From: Podarcis erhardii | Lineage: Eukaryota | Reading direction: 5' to 3' (one strand) | Length of the DNA stretch: 64,000 nucleotides | NCBI GenBank assembly: GCA_964252035.1 | Contig: OZ176201.1 | Shown: positions 13,310 to 22,940 of the stretch, in pieces | Layout: each line of letters begins with the position of its first letter | Position numbering within the stretch: the first letter of the stretch is position 1 | Translations under genes and position numbers: made by a program | Notes under the pieces: generated by a model | Database searches by the model: none | What the model saw: the letters and a program-made list of their open reading frames with translations, nothing else | Told to the model about the DNA's origin: nothing

Positions 13310-13545
13310 GGGACCAGAGTTCAGTGGTAGAGAAGCTGTTTTGTACACAGAAGGACCCATGTTTAGTTTCTGGCATCTCCAGTTAATATAGGACCATTTA
13401 ATCCATTTAGTCCAGTTTGATCTACTCTTACTAGCAGCAGCTCTCCAAAGCCTCAAGCAGGGATCTTCCACGTAATCTGCTAGTAAATCAGAGATGCCAA
13501 GGGACTGAATCTTCTCTCATTTGCATGCAACATATATGCTTTAAG
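13310..13545. mobile_element. Two converging tRNA-derived SINE fragments (+ head 13310-13384; - copy about 13385-13545)
   Basis: tRNA-like head gggaccagagttcagtggtagag...tggcatctccag, and a reverse-complement copy with the body cctgcttgaggctttggagagctgctgc shared with the element at 62270. Confidence 0.55.
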
Positions 13546-15247
13546 TGCCCCAAATTTGGTCCTGCCCCAAATTTACCTGACCATTGCACACTTCTGGCCA
13601 TTTCAGCAATTTAATGAAGAGAAAAACAATGCCAAGAAAGTTATTTGAGATATCCTCCCCCCCCCCCCCCCGTTTAATTCATTTTAGCAAATGAAAATAA
13701 GAGAAGCCACTACTATATGATTACCCAGCCTTCTTCAGGCTGCTTCTCGGAAACCCATTTTATATAAAATAATTGCACTGAAGGTGGCTTGTCCTGCTTT
13801 TACAGCTGATTCTTTCAGTTGAGGCAAAATGGCCTGTTGTGAGCACACAGAGCAGAAATCCATGCACATCTCAGTGTTCGTCGTGACAAAGGCCTGTGTT
13901 TGGACCGCTCACTTTGCGTATATTGTTATTGTTGTTGCAACTCCCTCGTGTGTAAAATGAGGATTATAAAATAGATTTGCTTCTCACATTCTCCAATGAA
14001 GGCTGCGAGAGGGCAGGTGGGAGTGTTGATTAGTTACTGTGTAAATTTCTGTGGTGCGTAATTGCAGAGTGTTGTAATCTAAATATATGTATTACGGAAA
14101 GTAAAAACAAATCCTTTTTGAGCTTTCAAGGCATGCACAGGATCCATCTGGGTATCTGTCAACAACAAATAAATGCAGCTTAAATGAAAATAATTGGAGT
14201 GCGGCCAAGTCTTGAGGTCAGGGATCTGTAGCAATCACGACTGGCAAATCAGCAAGACAAGTGCAGGAGCTTTTGTTGTAGGAGAATGGCACAGAGCGTC
14301 AAACTCAGGTTAGCGTGGTTAAATGCTCTTCTTCTTGGTGCTTTCCAAAGATGCATTCATCTATGAATACAATACCTCTCTACTCCCACCCCCACCCCCT
14401 TAAGACACTTGCCACCAGATGCAATTTATGAGTGTTTGGATTATTCATATCTTCCAGTTGATTCCCTTTAGATCCTGATTTCGATAATCTGCTTAGTAAA
14501 TTCTTTAAGAAGAAACAGGGCAGAAGACTGACACTTGGGTTGGACCGCCAAGCGGGGAAGCTTGATAGTGTGTATGTACCAACAGTTCAACTATTAGGTC
14601 TGAAGTAACAAGTAGTACTATTAACTTGAGAAAGACCAGCATTAGTCATTTTCACTCAGATGTGTAGATATTCATTCTCATTAGTTAATGGTGATTTATT
14701 GACAGCCGTTTCCACTAGAAATGATGAAAGGATTTGTTTGTGGGGATGGTCGTATATGTATTGGGGTGACTTTTCCCCAAAGTCAAGAAAATTGGGTAGC
14801 CAACATGGTACCGTCCAGTTGTTTGTGAATCACAATTCCCATCATCCCTAACCGCTGGCCTTAATTGTTGGGGCTAATGGGAATTGTCATTGAACATTTG
14901 GAGAACACCTCAACGGCTTCTATTCCTGTTATGTCCTGCTTTTCCAGAGATGTTATTTTGTCTATGTATAGTGTAGCATGGCAGAAATCTGAAAGGCCAA
15001 TCCAGGTAGCACTTTGTCATAACTATTAACTCAACCAATAAAATATCTCTAGAAATGTGTATTTATAAACATTCAGATGGAGAGAAAACAAGAGCATTGG
15101 CATCGTGCTACTACTAAGATAACAAATCAGCAAGCATTATTACTATTTTTATAGCCAGCCTTACCTCATTGTATGTTTATTTGGAAATAAACTGCTTTGA
15201 TTTTGGTGAGAGTAACTTGCAAATAAATGCACCAAACCCTTGTTATA

Positions 15248-15489
15248 CAGTTGTACCTCGGGTTACATACGCTTCAGGTTACAGACACTTCAGGTTACAG
15301 ACTCCGCTAACCCAGAAATAGTACCTCAGGTTAAGAACTTTGCTTCAGGATGAGAACAGAAATTGTGCTCCAGCGGCGCAGCAGCAGCAGGGGGCCCCAT
15401 TAGCTAAAGTGGTGCTTCAGGTTAAGAACAGTTTCAGGTTAAGAACAGACCTCTGGAACGAATTAAGTCCTTAACCCGAGGTACCACTG
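15248..15489. mobile_element. Tc1/mariner (Tigger-like) MITE, copy 1
   Basis: TIRs cagttgtacctcgggtta / taacccgaggtaccactg; TA duplication on both sides; internal ttcaggtta repeats; non-coding. Confidence 0.9.
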
Positions 15490-16846
15490 TATATTGTAGA
15501 ACATTTACAATCTGGGTTGTTAAGTAAAGGGAACAAGTGACACAAACGTACACATACCTTTCAGTCTCAATACATATTAGCATGAGGATTCTTGTCTGTG
15601 TCAACAATTATGGCCGCAATACTGTGGGGTATATACTTTGCATATACTTTGAATAAAGGGTGAGATTTTCTGTATGTGCCTTTAAGAGGGTTAAAATTAT
15701 CAAATGGCATAGAAAATAAAAACAAAGTAGAAGCACGAGTAAGTGTTTGGCTTTGTCTGTGTAACTCGAGCATGTGGTGTCAGACTCCTGGCCAAAGCTC
15801 GAGCTTGTTGGCTGCTTTCTGCTCTGTCTCCTCCAAAACACCCACCTTCCCTGGCTTCCCCTCTGGCTCTTGGGATGCATGTCGGGCTCCCTTCCTATAC
15901 ACAGTGTTAGGAAATCCAGGAATAGTTCAGGCTGTTGTTGGCAAGACCCAAAATCTGGCTTGTTCTTCCTCCGGTTGAGTCATGGAGAGACTGGCAACTG
16001 TGAAGGCAGACAGATTCCTCGTTCTTTCCCGCCCCCCCAGATGTGCCCCTCTGTCCCCCCTCTGTCCTTCTTTCTGTCCACAAATGTGCACAAACATGGT
16101 GGGTGTGTTTTAAGCAAGCCACTCGTCTTCTTTGCAATGACTAGGGCTTAGTTCTCCAAAACAGCAGATGATATGGTAGATCCTATGGTATATCGAGACA
16201 GCAGGTAAAGGCTCATATTACTGACTCCCCTTCCACACTGCACACAGAAAATGAAAGGTCAGGATTCCACCCTAGCTCTAGTTTTCTGTGCATAAGCTAT
16301 CTTGGGTTTCTTCTCCAGTACATTCTACAGGATGTAACTGAGCTTCCTCTTTCTACCGCTGCAATGGCTTGCTTTAATGGTGTTGTTTACAAGGCAGAAG
16401 TAGAACACTATCAGGAAATGTTTCCAGAGTTCTAGATAAGTGGGACTCTTGAACTAGTTGTAGCAATATTGTGCTATCTGGGTTCTGATGTTCCACAGTC
16501 TTTGGCAGAACAATGAGAGTGAGATCTGGATTTTGAAGATTGTTGTGGGTTCAACTCTCTCCCACAACCCACTCTCCTGCCAGATAATGATGGCAGGGAA
16601 AGAAAAGTATAGTGCTGCTTATTTCAGAGGGCAAATAGTGATGATCATGATGATGAGGAATCAAAATACAATAAAACAACCACAGCAATTAAACATTAAC
16701 GTGAAGCAGCAGCAGAGCAGATAAAATATTAATATTGTTAAAGATAGAACAAAGTTGTTTTATTCATTTATGCTGCTTTTAATATAGTCTTTTGTTTTTG
16801 CAAGCTTCCTTGAACTATATGAGGAAAAGTGGGGTATAAGCATTTC

Positions 16847-16848
<2 letters not shown>

Positions 16849-16893
<45 letters not shown>

Positions 16894-17065
16894 GGTTTTG
16901 GTGTCCTCGGGTGTCTTCCCGTGTAAAAGTTGGGGTGTCTAGGCGACGTTTCGACGAGGTCTCACTCGTCATCTTCACTCGTCGCCTAGACACCCCAACT
17001 TTTACACGGGAAGACACCCGAGGACACCAAAACCTGCATTCCTGTACCCGTGAAAATCTACGAAA

Positions 17066-17109
<44 letters not shown>
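16849..17109. mobile_element. Penelope-like element terminal-repeat remnant, inverted arrangement, inside (AT)n
   Basis: Perfect 60-bp inverted repeat 16889-16948/16980-17039; (AT)21 on each side; TGAAGATG...CGAAACGTC signature of Penelope-type pseudo-LTRs on the minus strand. Confidence 0.75.
16939..16978 (-). ncRNA. Minimal type-I hammerhead ribozyme core, predicted inactive in this copy (C3 replaced by G)
   Basis: Minus strand reads G-UGAAGA-U-GACGAG-UGAGAC-CUCGUC-GAAA-CGUC/GCCUAG: box (C)UGANGA, 6-bp stem II, GAAA, palindromic ACGU stem III, GUC cleavage triplet. Confidence 0.65.
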
Positions 17110-17112
<3 letters not shown>

Positions 17113-18973
17113 GCATGAACTGGATCAGTTACCTAACCATCTTTGGGATCATTTATGTGGGAATCAGTATTATGCACAGTGGTTGTGGGAGACTTTTGTC
17201 TTGATAAATTATTGGCTCATAGTGTGAAGTTTCATTTTGACTCAGTCAAAACCTGTGCAACATGTTGTTTCCAATCTCCCACAAATCTTGCTTACTAAGG
17301 AAGGCGGGCCTGCATTTCTGAAGCAGAAATGCACCTCTCTCCTAAGTGTGAGTTTCTTTTGTCAATGCAGGCACCTGGAGGGTTAAATAATCTCTCCCCG
17401 CTTCCCCCTACTCCACACCCAAATCAGAAGTAACTCATTTCCAAAAGGAGCCAGGGCAGAGAAATGCAAATAAGTGTTTCGGACAGCTGCAGGCTGTATG
17501 CCTTCCTGAGATGCCAGTGCCCCAAATGAGACATGTCAGAGTACAAATTGAAAATGCCAATTTCACTTACTCTGCCACGCTGCTCGTCACAGCTAAATCC
17601 TTCTCTGCTGCCCCTCCCCCCACACTTCCCACTTACCGAATGATGGGTGCTTCTCCTTAATGTAAATCTCCCTGACTTCTTGGGTTATTTCTGCAGTGGG
17701 TTTCTTCAGCCAGTCTTAGTGGGACACAGCTACAAAGGAATGGGAGGGGAAAAGGTACACAGAAACTCTTCCCTCATCCATATTATCTGAATGTCAGTTA
17801 TCTTCTAGTGATCCATATTTAACTGCTGTACTGCGTAAAGGCCTTATTGATGTGAGCTTACAGTAGCTGTACCCCCATTTATCTGAACTTCTGGTTGTTT
17901 CGGCGCTGCCCAGCCCATTTGTATAAAAAAAAAAATCTGGAATTTGTGTGAAGTTGCTTGGAATGTACTGGGTATATGTTTATCTAGGTACAGATGTAAA
18001 TATAAACAGTGACTAACAGATTACTTTTTTAGAACAGAACATTTCGCCTCCTGCCTTCCTTAGTTGCCCAGCTGCGAATTCAAGTCCACTGGGCCAGAAT
18101 TTTTTCCCCTTGTTTCCAGTGTTCTTGAATTGGGTGGCATTGCCATTGCAATAATGGATAAATCAGCGAGGCGGTGTGGCTATCTGAATGGAAGTGTTTT
18201 CCAATTGGTTGTTGCATTCCCCCCCCCCCCCAGGATTGGCTGTGTGAAATCCTAAAGCATTTGTGTGCATCAGTTGCTGTTTTTAAGATGGAAAATAAGA
18301 GAGGAGCGACTCCAGGTGTTTGAAATAATGTTCATTCCAGGCCCAATGTGTTTCGGAACAAATCCATCCTTGGGGGCACATTTTTAGCAGTGTTTTGCAG
18401 TAGTAAGAGTCCTCATGCATTTGGTGAAAATTGCTTATAAAACTGTGCCCCTGAGCAAAGCTTTCTTCCCAAACATGTCAGTCCTGAAATAAATCATATT
18501 TCAAACTCCTGGAGAGTCTCCTAAACGTATATGTGTACATACACAAACATGTAATTTTCTTCTAGAGGTGCTTCCCCAGTTTTAACGGCTGGTTTCCTTC
18601 AGTTATCATTTCACCTATGTACTGAACATTCACAGTCAATGATGTAAATTAAATTGCTGGACCTGGCAGTGAACTTTTTGTTTGATATACTAAGTCATAG
18701 TATATCATGGTTATAGCCAGTCATGGTGCTCATGAAGTAACTGTCTCCAGGAGATAAAACACAGGTAATGCTGGGTTGTATCCAATGTTAGGCATACTCA
18801 GATCTAACCCTTAAAATGAACAAACATGACTAGCTTAGGTCTACAAATTTCTATGGGTCAATCTTACTAAAGCTTAGCTGGATGTATCCTAGTACATTTG
18901 AATCCTTCCACAATCCAGAGCAAACTTGTCTGAAGTGCAGTTTGATGCTTTGAAAACCATCTCTCTGGATGTA

Positions 18974-19024
18974 AAGGTAAAGGATGTAAAGCGCCACCCG
19001 TGTCCCTACAGCGCCACCCGCGTC
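18974..19024 (-). mobile_element. 51-nt scrambled Sauria-SINE micro-insertion
   Basis: Tail aaggtaaag plus two copies of the SINE 5' end (gcgccacccgtgtccc; tacagcgccacccgcgtc); 14-bp duplication tctctctggatgta at 18960-18973 and 19025-19038. Confidence 0.75.
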
Positions 19025-21159
19025 TCTCTCTGGATGTACATGCACACAATTCAAGGAGCTGGGGAAGGAAGGGCTCAGTTTGTTTAGAACATTAAATGAA
19101 CAGTGGACTTTTGCATAGATCTTGGAATAACATTGATGGCTTGTGCAAAAGCATCATTTTGAAGAAGGCACTCCCTTGTGTGAGCAGAAGTTTTGCTCAG
19201 TTATGTCATCAGTCCTTTTTTTTTTTAATGCTAAAGTTACATTTTTTAAAAATTGAAAAATAATAATTACCTTTTAAAAATGTAAAGTGCTCTTTTATGC
19301 ATATTATTGTGAGCATTCTAGGTTGAATTTTGTTTTTATAGTTGTATTGAAATGTTTTTGTAAGTCAAAACTTAGGGAAATGACAAATACATATAGTTAA
19401 CCATCATCTGCCTTGGGAGTTTTTATTGAAGGATCGTATAAAAACATATTAAAGAAATTAGTTCCTGAATGGGAACTTTGGCTGATACGCTTATTTTCTC
19501 CTTCTAAATTATTGTGCAGGATAGACTGTCATGTTCAACACCTTAGGGCAGCTGAATTTTACTGATTAGACCATACTTATATACAGTGAATGTCTTACTA
19601 TATACAGTATTGCCTATGTTGCACTCTTTGAAATTGAAGGAGCGTGATGTAAACATATAATCTGTAAAGTAGTTATGCCCTACTGTTTGTAATGGGATTA
19701 TTTTGCGATTGGTTGTCCTATGAGAAACACCCTGGTCTTTTCTCAGGAGCTCGGCCTTTCTCTGGTGGGTTTCTTACACTAGTTCTGTACTTTCACCTGA
19801 GCGCTTTACACTGCAAAGCATTCAATCAAAAATGCAAAACCAGAGTCCCTTCTGTTTCTTTGCGCTTATCATTGAATTAAGCACAAAATAGGCTTTGAAG
19901 GAAGCTGAGGCGTGGAAGCTTCTACCTTCTTTGAGTGGCAGGAGGATGGGGAGAAAGGGTGCTTGGGGGCACGGATATGCGGGGAGGGGAGGGGACCATC
20001 CGCACTGCCTTCATCTTTCACTTCTCTGTGTCCTCATCAAGGCAGACTCAGTGCCATGGGCTGAGGGTAGGTGGGGGTGGTGGAGGGGGGGGGGAGGATC
20101 CAAGGCACAGGGAGAGCTGATTCTCCAGTATCCATAGCTCCCTAACAAACTCCAGCAAGCCATGAATCTTTCATTTAATCTCTCCTGACACGCCTGTCAT
20201 TTTCTCCGGAGAGAAGCGGAGAATCTCTCGCCGAAGGAGGTCATTAGCTGTCAGGGAAGGTTCCGACTGCCTTCCTGTCTCTGTATCGATTAAGCCTCCA
20301 CATGCGCGCAGGCACTGTGGAGGGAATATTGATGGGGCTGCCAGAAGTTTGGCTTGGGCTAGAGATTGGGTGTATCTTTTCCCTGGGTGGGTGGGACAAG
20401 GGCTCGTGGGGCTGCTTGATGAAGATATAACCCCAAATTTGTCTGCCTCTACAACCCTGCCCTCACAGAGCTATTGTCCGCCTTAGGCTCTTGCTTTTTC
20501 GTTTTCTGTGTGGGAGCTTTATTTCCCTATACCCTAGGAAAGGCAGAATCTAATATTGTCAGCTCTGGAGAGCAGAGAGTGATGACTCCAGCTGCTGCTT
20601 AGTTTGAGATACCACTGTCACTCAGTTTATACAGTTCACCAGAAAATCCTCCTCCTTTCATTGGAGGAGCAGGTTCAACATGGAACACTGAATGTTAATC
20701 AGAATCAAATGATTAGCATGTTTAGTTTTTATTATATATCACCATAGTGACAATATTGTACAAGGGCTGTACACTATTGGAGGGGCTCTGAAAGCCACTT
20801 AGTCCACAGTGAGTGTATGCCAGCAGTGCTTTTTTTTTTAAGTACAAATTCTTCACCCAGGTAACCTAATTCCTGTGCCAAGAGAAGCTGGAGTCTGTAA
20901 TTCAAATAAATTATGCACATGACTTGACTTCAAATAGATTTGCTTATTTCCCACCAGTGATTCTGTTTCTGCTAGCTATAGGAGAGGCAGAAGAGCTATA
21001 CGGAAGCATATCCAAACTCTTGCAATATTGTCTGTGCAAGTAAGAAGATTTGCAGGGGGAGGTTCTTGAGGTGCATTGGAGTCCAGATTCCAATTCCTTT
21101 CCCTCAGAAAAGGCCTTCCATTTGGCAGAATTCTAGGAAGCAGCTGGGAACTGGAAATA

Positions 21160-21398
21160 CTGTGGTACCTCGGGTTACATACGCTTCAGGTTACATACGC
21201 TTCAGGTTACACACTCCGCTAACCCAGAAATAGTGCTTCAGGTTAAGAACTTTGCTTCAGGATAAGAACAGAAATCGTGCGGTGGCACAGTGGCAGCAGG
21301 AGGCCCCATTAGCTAAAGTGGTGCTTCAGGTTAAGAACAGTTTCAGGTTAAGAACAGACATCTGGAACGAATTAAGTACTTAACCCGAGGTGCCACTG
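21160..21398. mobile_element. Tc1/mariner (Tigger-like) MITE, copy 2
   Basis: TIRs ctgtggtacctcgggtta / taacccgaggtgccactg; TA TSD; colinear with 15248-15489. Confidence 0.9.
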
Positions 21399-21620
21399 TA
21401 TAAGTGCTGCTTTTGGAGAGGGGGAGGCCCCTGGATATTGGAGACTTTGCATTTGACCAGAGTGTCTTGCTTGGGACCACAGATCCAGATGGGTACACTT
21501 AGAACGAGCCAGAAGAATGCAAAGCTCCCCTGTGGTCTGTGGTCTGATTCCTGATGTATATCTGTTTCTTTCTGTCTGAGGGTGCCTAATGGACTCTTTC
21601 TCTTGTGTTTCCTCTGGCAG

Positions 21621-21717
21621 TATTCCTATGAAGGGAATGGCATCAGTGACCTCCCGGTGAACCTTTCCGTGGTATGGAATGGGAACTTCATCATTGACAA
21701 TCCCCAGAACATCCAAG
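21621..21717 (+). CDS. PLXNA1: PLXNA1 exon ([32 protein letters not shown])
   Basis: ctctggcag|TAT; CAAG|gtaagc; 97 nt, phase 0/1; not in the ORF track, translated by hand. Confidence 0.95.
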
Positions 21718-22749
21718 GTAAGCTGATGAAGTCGGGTGGGGTGGAGCACCCTTAGCAAAATACAGCAGGAGTTCCCTGCAATGAACTGCTTCTGCATGCC
21801 ACTTCTGAGCCATCCACCCCAGGGCCAGATTGACACCAGTGCACCCCTACAGGTGTAAAATCAAATATTATGCTAGCCTGAGCAAACAAGCTTTCTAACA
21901 CAGAGCAAAGTTAGAAGTGGTGGTCTGGGGATTACTGGTTTCTCTCCTGCCCATCAAAGTGCCTTGACCCTCCAAACGCGGTGTACTTGCTCCGAAACAT
22001 TTTCTTGGTAGTGTGCTGTCCTTGTAAACATGCCCAGCCATTCAATAACTCGTTTGAGACTTAAATGCACGTTCACTTCCTAGACATAAAATGAAATCAC
22101 TTTGAAGGCTGCTTTACGATCCTGGCTCCCGCTGCAAGGAACTTAGGACATGATAGTTAGGTTAGTTCTGTAATGGGCAAAGATTAAATCACACACACAC
22201 ACACACACACACACACACCAAATAAATTCACAACATTCTTACAAAATCGTAAACCTCAGAGTTATTTGGGGAAGCCGTGACAACTATGCCAGTTCAAACC
22301 ATTTGAAATTTGTGACCCTGATTGTGGCTTTCAGCTGACATCCTAGCACAGGGAAAGGCAATGTTGTGCCTTTCATATGTTGGTGGATTGCAATTCCCAG
22401 CATCCCCGGCCACCATAGCCATAGGCTGGGGATGATGAGAGTTGTAGTCAGCAGCATGTGGAGGGCACCACTGGGTTATCCCTTCATTAGTGGATAGGCA
22501 TTTGCATCATAAACAAATCCCTTGCTGGCTGTATTCAGTAGTGAAAGCTGAAAACTATATAGGCAGTGAATACTGTCAAAACTGGCCTGATACGACAAAG
22601 CATATGGAAGGTGGTAGACCCTGAGGTCCTTTAGTGGGCACTGTCAACAATTACCCATCAGAGGGGGAATCTGTGTAGCAGTTCTGTCCCCACCCCACTC
22701 CCCAACTTCTTTTTGAATGTAAGCAGGGATTTGTGTTTTCTTCTTTCAG

Positions 22750-22940
22750 CTCACCTATACAAGTGCTCAGCTCTGCGCGAAAGCTGTGGGCTGTGCCTCA
22801 AGGCAGATCCACGCTTCGAGTGTGGCTGGTGTGTGTCAGAAAAGCGATGTTCCCTGCGCCAACATTGCCCAGCCTCTGAGAGCAGCTGGATGCATGCCAG
22901 CAATGGCAATAGCCGCTGTGCAGACCCCAAAATCATTAAG
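22750..22940 (+). CDS. PLXNA1: PLXNA1 exon, PSI domain ([28 protein letters not shown]...DPKIIK)
   Basis: ttctttcag|CT; AAG|gtatgc; 191 nt, phase 1/0; PSI cysteine pattern. Confidence 0.96.

Noticed and set aside
13310-13384. tRNA-like sequence
   Set aside because: Degenerate boxes and no cloverleaf; it is a SINE head, not a tRNA gene.
16760-17116. ORFs with YIYIYI runs and internally repeated peptides
   Set aside because: Artefacts of translating (AT)n and the inverted repeat.
17311-17333. 10-bp hairpin tgcatttctg-aag-cagaaatgca
   Set aside because: Short enough to arise by chance or from a local duplication; no supporting context.
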